This document shows, piece after piece, positions 29,086 to 38,973 of a DNA stretch of 64,000 nucleotides. The stretch is from Minwuia sp. (GTDB taxonomy: Bacteria; Pseudomonadota; Alphaproteobacteria; Minwuiales; Minwuiaceae), in assembly GCA_029213165.1 (NCBI GenBank), contig JARGNO010000005.1:42418-106417 (forward strand). The letters run 5' to 3'. Made by a program: the position numbers and the translations under genes. The notes under the pieces were generated by a model. It made no database searches, was not told the origin of the DNA, and worked only from the letters and a program-made list of their open reading frames with translations. How positions within the stretch are numbered: the stretch's first letter is position 1; every line of letters begins with the position of its first letter.

Positions 29086-30000
29086 ATGACACCGATTTCC
29101 GAGAATTTGCGCGGCGCGGGCCTGATGATGGCCGCGATGGCCGCCTTCGTGCTGAACGACACGCTGATGAAACTTGTTTCAGCCAACCTGAACCTGTTTC
29201 AGGCGGTCTTTCTGCGTGGCATCGGCACGACCATCCTGATCCTGGTTATCGCCTGGTGGCAGGGCGCGCTGCGGTTCCGGCCCGCGCGCCGGGATCAGCG
29301 CATCATGGTCTGGCGCACCCTGGGCGACATGGGTCAGATGATCTGCTTCCTGACCGCCCTGTTCCACATGCCCATCGCCAATGTCTCCGCGATCCTTCAA
29401 TCCCTGCCACTGGCCATGACGCTTGCCGCCGCCCTGTTCCTGAAGGAACCCGTCGGCTGGCGGCGATATACAGCCATATCCGCGGGTTTCATCGGTGTCC
29501 TGATGATCGTCAGGCCCGGATCGGAAGGTTTCAATGTCTATTCGCTGGTCGCCCTGACCACGGTCGTCTTCGTGGTCCTGCGCGACCTCAGCACGCGCCA
29601 GCTCGACCGCGCGGTGCCGAACATCTTTGTCACGCTGGTGACCTCTCTCGCTGTAACCGCCATGTCCGGTGTGGCCTCGGTGGTGCAGGGGTGGAACAGC
29701 GTCGCGCAGGGGGATCTGCTGCTGCTGTCAGGTGCCGCCTTCTTCGTCAGCTTCGGCTATATCTTCATCACCATGGGAATGCGGGTGGGAGACATAGGCT
29801 TCGTCTCGCCATTCCGCTACACCATGCTGGTCTGGGCGCTTCTGGTCGGCCTTTTTGTCTTCGGCGACGTGCCGCGCCCGCTCACGCTGCTGGGTGCCGC
29901 GATCATCGTGGCCAGCGGCATCTACACCTTCTACCGCGAACGCAAGGTTGCGCAGACCATCCGCGCGGCTGCCTCATCCGGCGCGGGCAAGATCCCGTAA
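29086..30000 (+). CDS. EamA/DMT-family transporter
   Basis: About 10 TMs, with FLKEPVGWRR and APFRY-like SPFRY motifs. Confidence 0.9.
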   Translation: MTPISENLRGAGLMMAAMAAFVLNDTLMKLVSANLNLFQAVFLRGIGTTILILVIAWWQGALRFRPARRDQRIMVWRTLGDMGQMICFLTALFHMPIANVSAILQSLPLAMTLAAALFLKEPVGWRRYTAISAGFIGVLMIVRPGSEGFNVYSLVALTTVVFVVLRDLSTRQLDRAVPNIFVTLVTSLAVTAMSGVASVVQGWNSVAQGDLLLLSGAAFFVSFGYIFITMGMRVGDIGFVSPFRYTMLVWALLVGLFVFGDVPRPLTLLGAAIIVASGIYTFYRERKVAQTIRAAASSGAGKIP

Positions 30001-31599
30001 CTTGAACTTCTGGATCTTGCCGGTGGAAGTCTTAGGCACCTCGCCAAACACGATCTCCCGCGGACACTTGTAGCCCGCCAGATGCTCCCTGATGAAGGCG
30101 ATCATCTCCTCCGCCGTGGCTGTTCTGCCGGGCTTCAGTTCGATGAAGGCGACAGGCGTTTCGCCCCACTTCTCGCTCGGCTTGGCAACGACACCACAGG
30201 CTGCCACGGCATCATGGCGATACAGCGTGTCCTCCACTTCGATGGAGGATATGTTCTCGCCACCGGAAATGATGATGTCCTTGGACCGGTCCTTCAGTTC
30301 GATATAGCCATCCGGGTGCCAGACACCCAGGTCGCCGGAATGGAACCAGCCGCCCTTGAAGGAATCATCGGTGGCCTTGGGATTCTTCAGGTAACCGCAC
30401 ATGATGGCATTGCCGCGCATCATCACTTCGCCCATGGTCTGGCCGTCCATTGGCACAGGCTCCATGGTCTCGGGATCGGCCACCATCAGGGCTTCCTGCA
30501 TGATGGAGGTGACGCCCTGACGCGCCTTCATGCGGGCCTTGTCGTCGGCACTGAGGTCGTTCCACTCATCCTTCCAGGCACAGACCACGCAGGGACCATA
30601 GCTCTCGGTCAGGCCGTAGACATGCGTCACCTCGAAGCCCTGCCGCGCCATCTCGGCCAGCACGGCGGCGGGCGGCGGGGCCGCGGCGACCATCATGTTC
30701 ACCTTCTGGTCAAAGGGCTTCTTCTGTTCCTCGCTCGCGCCGGTGATGAACTGCATGATGATCGGCGCGCCGCACAGATGCGTGACGTTATGGGTGGCAA
30801 TGGCGTCGTAGATCGTGCCGGAGTCCACCCGGCGCAGACAGATGCTGACACCCGCCACCGCAGCCAGCGTCCAGGGGAAGCACCAGCCGTTGCAGTGGAA
30901 CATCGGCAAGGTCCAGAGATAGCGCGTATGCGTCGGCATTCCCCAGGTCAGCGCGTTGTTGATGGAGTTCAGATACGCCCCGCGATGGCTGAAGACGACT
31001 CCCTTCGGGTTGCCCGTGGTGCCGGACGTGTAGTTGAGCGCAATCTTGTGCCACTCGTCCTCCGGCATCGACCATGCCATGTCGGCATCACCCTCGGCGA
31101 GGAACTCGTCGTATTCGATCTCGCCCAGACGCTCGCCGCCGGGTCCCTGCGGGTCGGCAATGTCGATGACCAGCATGTCACGACCGATGATCTGCAGCGC
31201 CTCCTTGATGATCGGCGCGAACTCGGTGTCGGTAATCAGCGCCTTCGCCTCACCATGGTCCAGGATGAAGGCGATCTCCGGGGCCGTCAGGCGATAGTTC
31301 AGTGCGTTGAGAACCGCGCCGATCATGGGCACCCCGAAATGCGCCTCATACATCGGCGGCGTGTTCGGGCACATGATGGCGACTGTATCCAGTTCGCCAA
31401 TGCCCCTGCCCTTCAGCGCCGAGGCCAGCCGGACACAATTGGCATAGGTCTCTGACCAGCTTTGCGTGACATCGCCATGCACCAGTGCGGGCTTGTCGGG
31501 ATAGACAGCCGCCGAACGCCGGATCAGGCTGAGCGGCGACAGCACCGTGCTGTTCGCAAGGTTCATGTCGAGATTGTTGGCGTAGGCTTCCCTGCTCAT
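29974..31599 (-). CDS. Acyl-CoA synthetase (AMP-binding family)
   Basis: YTSGTTGNPKG, YGLTE, WFHSGDL and PKTSTGKIQK motifs. Confidence 0.93.
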   Translation of the reverse strand: MSREAYANNLDMNLANSTVLSPLSLIRRSAAVYPDKPALVHGDVTQSWSETYANCVRLASALKGRGIGELDTVAIMCPNTPPMYEAHFGVPMIGAVLNALNYRLTAPEIAFILDHGEAKALITDTEFAPIIKEALQIIGRDMLVIDIADPQGPGGERLGEIEYDEFLAEGDADMAWSMPEDEWHKIALNYTSGTTGNPKGVVFSHRGAYLNSINNALTWGMPTHTRYLWTLPMFHCNGWCFPWTLAAVAGVSICLRRVDSGTIYDAIATHNVTHLCGAPIIMQFITGASEEQKKPFDQKVNMMVAAAPPPAAVLAEMARQGFEVTHVYGLTESYGPCVVCAWKDEWNDLSADDKARMKARQGVTSIMQEALMVADPETMEPVPMDGQTMGEVMMRGNAIMCGYLKNPKATDDSFKGGWFHSGDLGVWHPDGYIELKDRSKDIIISGGENISSIEVEDTLYRHDAVAACGVVAKPSEKWGETPVAFIELKPGRTATAEEMIAFIREHLAGYKCPREIVFGEVPKTSTGKIQKFKLRDLARAG

Positions 31600-31772
31600 G
31601 AAGCGTCTCTCCCTGGTGCTGGTCCATGTTCGCGGTCAGTCGTACGGGCATCAGGACTGGACTGCGGACGCCGGTCACGGTTGACTCTGGACCTGATTCA
31701 GGGGCCATAAAAGCCGATGGTTCACGGGCGATCAACAACGCCGGTGCAGGATAGTGGTAATCGGGGGCGGGA

Positions 31773-32930
31773 ATGGCTTCAGGCCAGAATTCAGCGGCAG
31801 ACACCGGCAGCACACAGGAACGCGCGCGACGGACCGGAATCCTGCCCGGACAGGCCCTGCGGCGGCTGGTCGGGGAGGGCAGGATTTCCGCTGACGGCGG
31901 GGTGCCTGAGGAACTGATCCAGCCCGCCAGCCTGGACCTGCGGCTGGGGCGCCGTGCCTGGCGCGTCAGGACGAGCTTTCTGCCCGGTGCGTCATCCACC
32001 GTGCAACAGAAACTCGACCGACTGACGATGCACGAGATCGATCTCGGCACACCGACAGTGCTGGAACGGGGCTGTGTCTACATTGTCGAACTGCAGGAGC
32101 GTGTGCGCCTGCCCCGTGACATGTCGGCCAAGACCAACCCGAAGAGTTCGACAGGCCGGCTGGATGTGTTCACGCGCCTGGTCACCGACCACTGCGAAAG
32201 CTTCGAGAGCGTGGCGGCAGGATACGAGGGGCCGCTGTACCTGGAGATCGCGCCCCGCACGTTCTCCGTGCTGGTCAGCGCAGGTCTGCGGCTGAACCAG
32301 TTGCGCGTCTGGCGTGGCAAGTCGCGCCCCTCCGACAGTCTGCACCGGGAACTGCATCAGCGCAGCGCCCTGGTGAACCCGGAAAGCCTGGATGGAGCCG
32401 AACCCACCATCCGTGACGGGCTCTGGGTTTCGGTCGACCTGTCGGGCGAAAGTCACGGCGGGCTGATCGGATACCGCGCCCGGCACCATGCGCCCCTGAT
32501 CGACCTCAACCGCATCGATCACTACCCGGTGGAGGAGTTCTGGGAGCCGGTTCACGCCAATACCGACAAGACACTGATCCTGGACCCGAACCAGTTCTAC
32601 ATCCTGGTCAGCCGCGAACGGGTCGCGGTGCCGCCGGATTCAGCCGCAGAGATGGTGGCCTATGACACCTCATTCGGTGAATTTCGCATCCATTATGCAG
32701 GCTTCTTCGATCCGGGCTTCGGCTATGGCGCCGCTTCGGGCGGCGGCACACCGGCCGTGCTGGAAGTGCGCAGTCACGAAGTTCCCTTCGAACTCGCACA
32801 CGGCCAGCGCGTCTGCCGCCTGGTCTACGAGCGGTTGAGCGAAACACCGGAAACCCTGTACGGCGCTGAGATCGGCAGCCACTATCAGGGTCAGGGCCTG
32901 AAACTGTCGAAGCACTTTCGCAAGGGCTGA
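31773..32930 (+). CDS. dcd: dCTP deaminase, alphaproteobacterial two-domain type
   Basis: QPASLDLRLG, NPKSSTGRLDVFTR, EFRIHYAGFFDPGFG and VLEVRSHE motifs. Confidence 0.92.
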   Translation: MASGQNSAADTGSTQERARRTGILPGQALRRLVGEGRISADGGVPEELIQPASLDLRLGRRAWRVRTSFLPGASSTVQQKLDRLTMHEIDLGTPTVLERGCVYIVELQERVRLPRDMSAKTNPKSSTGRLDVFTRLVTDHCESFESVAAGYEGPLYLEIAPRTFSVLVSAGLRLNQLRVWRGKSRPSDSLHRELHQRSALVNPESLDGAEPTIRDGLWVSVDLSGESHGGLIGYRARHHAPLIDLNRIDHYPVEEFWEPVHANTDKTLILDPNQFYILVSRERVAVPPDSAAEMVAYDTSFGEFRIHYAGFFDPGFGYGAASGGGTPAVLEVRSHEVPFELAHGQRVCRLVYERLSETPETLYGAEIGSHYQGQGLKLSKHFRKG

Positions 32931-32951
32931 ACCGGACGGGAGAGATCGGGG

Positions 32952-34628
32952 ATGGTGATCGGGCGAGACATCTATGACGCCTTTCCGCGCTATCCCTTCA
33001 CGCCACCGCCGGAACTGGACGGCAGGGGCGGGCGCGTTCCGGTCATCATCGTCGGCGGAGGCCCGATAGGCCTGACGCTGGCACTCGGCCTCGCCTGTCA
33101 TGGCGTGCGCTGCACGGTGATCGAACCGCGCGACAGCGCCAGCTTCGGCAGCCGGGCCACCTGTACATCGCGGCGTTCGCTGGAGATATGGGAGCGGTTC
33201 GGTGCGGCGCAGCCGTCGCTGGACATGGGACTTGCGTGGACCGGCGGCAGCAGCTTCTGGCACGACCACACGGTGTTCTCGCTGGCCATGCATGACGATG
33301 CGGACCAGAAGCACCCGCCGATGATCAACATCCAGCAATGCTTCGCCGAACAGTTCCTGATCGATGCGGCACTGGAACATCCCGATATCGACCTGCGCTG
33401 GTCCAGCACAGTGACGGGCCTGAAACACGATGCGGGCGGCGCAACCGCGACCGTGGAGACCGCAGCGGGCACCTACGACCTTTCCTCGGACTGGCTGGTC
33501 GCCTGCGACGGTGCCCACAGCTTCGTGCGGCAGGCACTGGGGCTGAAGATGAAGGGCACGTCCTACGAAGGGCGTTACCTGATCGCGGACATCCGCCATG
33601 CATCCAACCATCCGACGGAGCGGCGGGCCTGGTTCGATCCGGTCTCCAATCCGCGCGCCACGGTGTTGATGCACAAGCAGCCGAAGGACATCTGGCGGGT
33701 CGACTACCAGCTGCGGGACGAGGATGACGCGGAGGAGGAACTGAAGGAGGAACGGGTACGCGCCCGCATTTCCGCCCATCTGGAGATGATCGGGGAAGAC
33801 CCCGACTACGAACTGGTCTGGATGAGCCTCTACAAGGCGCATTGCCTGACGCTGGACAGCTATCGTCATGGTCGGGTGCTGTTTGCCGGTGATGCGGCCC
33901 ATCTGGTGCCGATCTTCGGTGTGCGCGGCCTCAATTCCGGTATCGACGACGCGGGCAACCTGGCCTGGAAGCTGGCGGCGGTGATCCAGGGGACTGGTGG
34001 TGACCGGCTGCTCGACAGCTACAGCGAGGAACGGGTCTTCGCGGCGCATGAGAACATCAGCCAGGCGCGCAAGAGCACCCTGTTCATGACACCGCCATCG
34101 CGGGGACACACCCTGTTGCGCGATGCGGCGCTGAGCCTGGCGGTGAAACACGAATTCGCCAAGCCGCTGGTCAATCCGCGCCAGACCACGGCGATCATCT
34201 TTCCGACCTCCATCATCAACACGCCCACCGCCCCGCACCTGCCCGGGCCGCCCACCGGGGCGACCTTGCCCACCTGCCCTCTCGAATGGCGGGAAGGAAA
34301 CGAGAGCGGCAAATGCTTTCTGCTGGATCACGTGAAGCTGCGGCCCACCCTGATCCAGTTCGGCGATCACCGTTCGCTGTTCGCGAAAGCCTGCGCCGGT
34401 CATGACACAGATATCGTGACCGTGCTGGACCAGGGGGACCCGGCGTTCGACGGCTTCTGTCTGGTGGACACACACGGCAGGGCGCGGGCGGTACTGGGCG
34501 CGGACAGCCCGGATGCGGGACTGCTGGTCAGGCCTGACGGTCATGTTGCTGCACGCTGGGACGCGCCCGATGCGGCTTTCATCACGACGGCCCTGCTGCG
34601 GTCCCTTGGTCTGGAGGCTGCGGCATGA
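32952..34628 (+). CDS. FAD-dependent aromatic monooxygenase (MhpA/PheA-like FAD_binding_3 family)
   Basis: GGGPIG, ACDGAHS and FAGDAAHLVPIFGVRGLNSG motifs, ending in LVRPDGHV. Confidence 0.9.
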   Translation: MVIGRDIYDAFPRYPFTPPPELDGRGGRVPVIIVGGGPIGLTLALGLACHGVRCTVIEPRDSASFGSRATCTSRRSLEIWERFGAAQPSLDMGLAWTGGSSFWHDHTVFSLAMHDDADQKHPPMINIQQCFAEQFLIDAALEHPDIDLRWSSTVTGLKHDAGGATATVETAAGTYDLSSDWLVACDGAHSFVRQALGLKMKGTSYEGRYLIADIRHASNHPTERRAWFDPVSNPRATVLMHKQPKDIWRVDYQLRDEDDAEEELKEERVRARISAHLEMIGEDPDYELVWMSLYKAHCLTLDSYRHGRVLFAGDAAHLVPIFGVRGLNSGIDDAGNLAWKLAAVIQGTGGDRLLDSYSEERVFAAHENISQARKSTLFMTPPSRGHTLLRDAALSLAVKHEFAKPLVNPRQTTAIIFPTSIINTPTAPHLPGPPTGATLPTCPLEWREGNESGKCFLLDHVKLRPTLIQFGDHRSLFAKACAGHDTDIVTVLDQGDPAFDGFCLVDTHGRARAVLGADSPDAGLLVRPDGHVAARWDAPDAAFITTALLRSLGLEAAA

Positions 34629-34816
34629 CCCGCAATCCAATGGACACCGAAGCGCTGGAGGTCTGGTGGGAAGCGCTGGCAATCGCCGTTGATCGCGCCG
34701 GGCCGGAGCATGAGGCGATGTTCCTGGCCAAACTGGCGCTGTTGCTGGGGCGGGAAACCGGTGATCCGGAACTCTGCCAGCGACTGATGGAGCAGGCGCT
34801 GGAGGATCTCACCTGA
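34625..34816 (+). CDS. DUF2783-like small protein
   Basis: E..WEALAIAVD.AG....MFLAKLALLL pattern. ATGA overlap with the monooxygenase, which is the usual partner of this family. Confidence 0.8.
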   Translation: MTRNPMDTEALEVWWEALAIAVDRAGPEHEAMFLAKLALLLGRETGDPELCQRLMEQALEDLT

Positions 34817-35334
34817 AACAGGACACGGACGATATCATCCGTCCGACTGTCCTGCCCCGGCACCGTCTCGCCCGGCTGGGTTATCGCGGCCTCTACTCAA
34901 CCTATCGCGTCGGCAGCGTCCTGTTCCGGCCAAGACTGCGCGGCGCGCTCGCCCTGGTCCGGGTCGGGGACGCGTTTCTGGTCGTCCGGAACAGCTACAA
35001 TCGCTGGCATACCCTGCCCGGCGGACGCGTTGACCGGGGTGAGACGTTCCGCGCAGGTGCGGCGCGGGAACTGCGTGAAGAAACCGGGATTGCCCTGCCT
35101 GAAACGGACTTCACCTGCGTCCATGCCGAAACCCACCGGTGGCAACAGCGGACAGAACGCATCGAGATCCATGCCACGGATCTGGAGACCCGGCCTGCCG
35201 TGCATCTGGACGCGGTCGAGATCGCGGAGGCGCGCTGGCTGACCGTCGATGCCGCGCTGGCGCTGCGCCTCTATCCGCCGCTGCGCCACTATCTGGAGGC
35301 GGCACGGAACGGCTCCGTAATGGAAACCCGGTAA
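34813..35334 (+). CDS. Nudix hydrolase; absent from the ORF track, probable CTG start
   Basis: Hand translation of frame +1 gives a perfect Nudix box GGRVDRGETFRAGAARELREETGI. The frame is open from the stop at 34762-64 to TAA at 35332-34, with no ATG/GTG/TTG before 35200. CTG 34813 lies 7 nt after GGAGG. Confidence 0.85.
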   Translation: MKQDTDDIIRPTVLPRHRLARLGYRGLYSTYRVGSVLFRPRLRGALALVRVGDAFLVVRNSYNRWHTLPGGRVDRGETFRAGAARELREETGIALPETDFTCVHAETHRWQQRTERIEIHATDLETRPAVHLDAVEIAEARWLTVDAALALRLYPPLRHYLEAARNGSVMETR

Positions 35335-35454
35335 TCCTGTCCATCCGTCACCGCAGGTGCATCCTTGGCCGAGACGGATTCCCACAGTCCTGTCTTCCGC
35401 AGGATGCCCGAGACATCCAATACCCCGGAAGACGGTCACGGCTGGATGCAAGGA

Positions 35455-36120
35455 TCAGCCGTCGCGCAAACTGGCAACCAGAACGGACGATGGAATGCCC
35501 CCGGCCGTGACACGACTGCGGTGCGTGACCTGCCAGACCTGTGGGTCCAGTCGCTGTTCCAGCCTGACAGGACGGCAGCCCCCGACCATGCGTGGCGCAA
35601 GTCGCTGCACCATTGTCCAGATTGTCATGGTCAGACCCGCGTGACTGAAGGTACCGGGTGCCAGCCCCGCGACGGCCAGTTGCCCGCCGGGTTTCAGGAC
35701 GCGGGCGGCATCTGCCAGGAACCGGGCAATGGCGGAAGGTGACAGCAGATCCAGGACATAGGTCGCGATCAGCAGATCGGTCGAGGAATCCGGCACCGGC
35801 AGCCGACCGTCCCCTTCACAATCCTCCAGCCTGACCCTTTCCCCGAATGCCCGGAGCCTTTCCGCTGCGAGCTCCCGCATCTTCTGGCTGATATCCAGAC
35901 CCAGCCATGTCGTGTCGGGCCCCAGATGATCGCGCAACAGCCGTGCGGCCAGCATCCCCGTACCGGGTCCAAGCTCGACAGCAGACCCGACTTCCGACAT
36001 CCCGGTCGCCCCGATCAGGCGGGAGAATGCCGCCTCAGCATAGCGCATTTCCCGGTCCTGGCCCTGACCGAGAGCGTCATAATGCGCCCGCGCCGCCTCG
36101 ACTGACAGAACCGTATCCAT
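35455..36120 (-). CDS. Class I SAM-dependent methyltransferase
   Basis: VELGPGTG, GLDISQKM and LKPGGQL motifs. Confidence 0.9.
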   Translation of the reverse strand: MDTVLSVEAARAHYDALGQGQDREMRYAEAAFSRLIGATGMSEVGSAVELGPGTGMLAARLLRDHLGPDTTWLGLDISQKMRELAAERLRAFGERVRLEDCEGDGRLPVPDSSTDLLIATYVLDLLSPSAIARFLADAARVLKPGGQLAVAGLAPGTFSHAGLTMTIWTMVQRLAPRMVGGCRPVRLEQRLDPQVWQVTHRSRVTAGGIPSSVLVASLRDG

Positions 36121-37421
36121 CAGCCCGGCCAGCGCCCCTTTGCCATATCGCGCCAGGCGTCGCGCAGGCTGTCGCGGAATTCCGGCCCCGCAATCTCGAT
36201 CAGCGCGGCGGGGCGATGATGTACCGGCAGGTTCCGCAGGTTCGCCACGCCATGCTCCGTCACCACATGATCGATATCGGTGCGCAAACCGGTGACCACG
36301 CTGCCCGGCTCGATGGCCGGAACGATGCGGCTGATCCGGCCCCCTGCCGCCGTTGCGGTCATGGCAACGATGGAGCGGCCTCCGCGGCTGCGCGCGGCAC
36401 CACGCATGAAATCCACCGATCCGCCAGTGCCGGAAACCTGCTTGCCCTTCAGCGTTTCCGCATTCAACTGGCCGAACAGGTCAATCTCGAGACCCGAATT
36501 GATCGAGACGAAATTGTCGATCTGACCGATCAGCGCCGAGTCGTGGGTATAGCTGATGGGCTTGTAGACAATGTCCTGGCGCCCGACGGTCCAGTCATAG
36601 AGTGCCTGCGAACCCATGCTGACGCCGCCAAGCATGATGCCGGTGTCGATGTTCTTGCGCCGGCCATTCATGTTGCCGCCGTCGATCAGTTCCGGCATCC
36701 CATCGGCCAGCATCCCCGAATGAACGCCCAGGTCGTTCTTGGTCACCAGACCGCGCAGGACAGCTATCGGCAGGGTGCCGATACCAATCTGGATGCAGTC
36801 GCCGTCATGGATCAGCGATGTGACATGGTTCGCGACATTCTGGACATCTTCTGTAACGTCACCGACACGCAGTTCCAGCGCGGGATGATCAACCTCCACC
36901 GCAATATCGATCCGGTCGGCAGGAACCGGTGTCGCACTGCCGCCGACCGGCATCGCGCGATTGACCTCCGCGATCACCAGCCTCGCCTTGTCCAGCACAG
37001 CCGGCTGGCTGTCCACGCCGAGGCCGTGCGGATAGCTGCCGTCAGCGCGCGCAGGCCCGACCTGGATGATCGCCACATCAACCTCCAGGTCCTGCTCCAG
37101 ATAGCGATAAAGGCCGTGATACTGTTTCGGGATCAGGGACATGCGCCCGCTCAGCAGGGAATCTGCCGTCTGTGGCGTGCCGAAGAAACCGATCCCGCGC
37201 GCGTTGGCATGCAACTGACTGTAGTCGGTGCGGTTCACACCCGGCACGCAAACGGAAACGAAGGTGCAGCCATCGCCACAGCCCGCATCCGCCGCCATGG
37301 CCGCAACAAGCTCCGTCGGCTCCCCCGGTCCACCCTGGACATAGACTGTGCTGCCCGCCGGTATCCGGCGCACTGCATCGCTGCCATTCAGCCATTCGGT
37401 CATTGAATCCCTCCCCATCAA
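36120..37421 (-). CDS. Acetyl-CoA hydrolase/transferase family (4-hydroxybutyrate CoA-transferase-like)
   Basis: IQIGIG, LGVHSGM, SGTGGSVDFMRGA and HVVTEHG motifs. The start may be 37403. Confidence 0.9.
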   Translation of the reverse strand: MMGRDSMTEWLNGSDAVRRIPAGSTVYVQGGPGEPTELVAAMAADAGCGDGCTFVSVCVPGVNRTDYSQLHANARGIGFFGTPQTADSLLSGRMSLIPKQYHGLYRYLEQDLEVDVAIIQVGPARADGSYPHGLGVDSQPAVLDKARLVIAEVNRAMPVGGSATPVPADRIDIAVEVDHPALELRVGDVTEDVQNVANHVTSLIHDGDCIQIGIGTLPIAVLRGLVTKNDLGVHSGMLADGMPELIDGGNMNGRRKNIDTGIMLGGVSMGSQALYDWTVGRQDIVYKPISYTHDSALIGQIDNFVSINSGLEIDLFGQLNAETLKGKQVSGTGGSVDFMRGAARSRGGRSIVAMTATAAGGRISRIVPAIEPGSVVTGLRTDIDHVVTEHGVANLRNLPVHHRPAALIEIAGPEFRDSLRDAWRDMAKGRWPG

Positions 37422-37463
37422 AGCGTGGGGAGGTTACATTCGACGCCGTGGGAGGACAACGCG

Positions 37464-38708
37464 ATGAAATTCGGCATTTTCTACGAGCACCAGATACCGC
37501 GCCCCTGGGATGACAGGAGCGAGCAGCGGACCATCAATGAATCCCTCGACCAGATCGAGCTGGCGGATGGCCTCGGCTATGACCACGCCTGGGTCGTGGA
37601 ACATCATTTCCTGGAGGAATATTCGCACGCCTCGGCGCCCGAGGTGTTCCTGGGTGCCGCCAGCCAGCGCACGAAGAACATTCGACTGGGGCATGGGATC
37701 GTCCAGATCACCACGAACCAGCCGCACCGGGTGGCGGAGAAGGTCTCGACCCTTGATCTGCTGACCGGCGGGCGGGTGGAACTGGGTCTGGGCGAAGGTG
37801 CAGGTCCGGCGGAACTGCATCCCTTCGGCGTTCAGGTCCGATCCAAGCGCGACCGCTGGGAGGAAGCCGTGCGGGCCATCGTCCCGATGTTCACAAGGAC
37901 CGACTGGTCGTTCGAGGGTGAATTCTTCAAGTTCCCCGCCCGCAACGTGGTGCCGAAGCCGATCCAGAAGCCGCATCCGCCGCTGTGGGTGGCCTGTTCC
38001 AACATCCAGACGATCGGCAAGGCTGGCGAATGGGGCATGGGGGCGCTCGGCTTCAGCTTCGTCAATGCGGACGCGGCGCAGGCCTGGGTGCATCGCTACT
38101 ACAACAACCTGCTGCACCGCCGGAACCTGCTGACCGACTATCCCATCAACCCCAATGTGGCGGTCGCCAACGGTTTCTTCTGTGCGGAGACGGACGAGGA
38201 AGCCATCGAGAAGGCGTCCGGCTGGACCTTCTTCATCTTCGCCCTGTCCTATTACGGGCGGATGGGTGTCGATGCGCCGGGCAAGAGCGATCTCTGGGCC
38301 GCCTATCAGGACTGGCGCAACACCGACAAGGCGAAGGACGCACTGGCCAATGCGCTGGTCGGCAGCCCCGCCACCCTGCGCAAGAAATTGCGCATGTTCG
38401 CGGATGCCCACGTCGACCAGATCATCCTGGTGGCACAGGCCGGTCGCACGAGCCACGAGGACATCTGCAAGAGCTACAAGCTGTTCGCGCGGGAGGTGAT
38501 GCCGGAGTTCCATGCGGAGCGGGACGCGCAGGAAACCTGGAAGCAGGACGTGCTGGCCGGTCGCATCGTACTGGAGGAACTTACCACCGACGGCTACGAC
38601 ATCTACAGCCATCAGAACGAGGACATCGTGCGCCTGACGCCGGAACAACTGAAGGCACAGATGGCGGAGAAGGAAGCCGCGCAGAAGGCTGCAGCCGGGG
38701 ACGACTGA
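37464..38708 (+). CDS. LLM-class flavin-dependent oxidoreductase
   Basis: MKFGIFYEHQ, WVVEHHFLEEYSH and RLGHGI motifs. ATG 37464 after GGAGGA. Confidence 0.92.
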   Translation: MKFGIFYEHQIPRPWDDRSEQRTINESLDQIELADGLGYDHAWVVEHHFLEEYSHASAPEVFLGAASQRTKNIRLGHGIVQITTNQPHRVAEKVSTLDLLTGGRVELGLGEGAGPAELHPFGVQVRSKRDRWEEAVRAIVPMFTRTDWSFEGEFFKFPARNVVPKPIQKPHPPLWVACSNIQTIGKAGEWGMGALGFSFVNADAAQAWVHRYYNNLLHRRNLLTDYPINPNVAVANGFFCAETDEEAIEKASGWTFFIFALSYYGRMGVDAPGKSDLWAAYQDWRNTDKAKDALANALVGSPATLRKKLRMFADAHVDQIILVAQAGRTSHEDICKSYKLFAREVMPEFHAERDAQETWKQDVLAGRIVLEELTTDGYDIYSHQNEDIVRLTPEQLKAQMAEKEAAQKAAAGDD

Positions 38709-38769
38709 GCGGCGTCTCCTGCCGAGGGAGTGCAGTCGCAAATCTCCCCAGAAAGCAGGCCGTATCCAT

Positions 38770-38909
38770 CTTCCCCCCCTTGCGGGGGAAGTGGCCGCGC
38801 AGCGGTCGATGGGGGGTGAAGCCGCAGGCTGCGGCACAGGCGTTCAACGCCATATCGGTCGGCTGCGCCGATTCACCCCATCCCGACCTTCCCCCGTCGA
38901 GGGGGAAGG
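38770..38909. repeat. REP/RIME-like nested palindromic intergenic element
   Basis: Terminal hairpins CTTCCCCC..GGGGGAAG (38770-38791) and CCTTCCCCC-GTCGA-GGGGGAAGG (38887-38909), with inner pairing GATGGGGGGTGAA/TTCACCCCATC. It sits between convergent genes. Confidence 0.8.
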
Positions 38910-38973
38910 AGTTCGCAGGTCTTCAGGGCTGACCGGTTCCGCGCGCGATCATCCGGCCCGCCGGACGCTTGCT

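Noticed and set aside
29974-31599. Calling the acyl-CoA synthetase dmdB
   Set aside because: Substrate cannot be told from motifs, and no DMSP genes are nearby.
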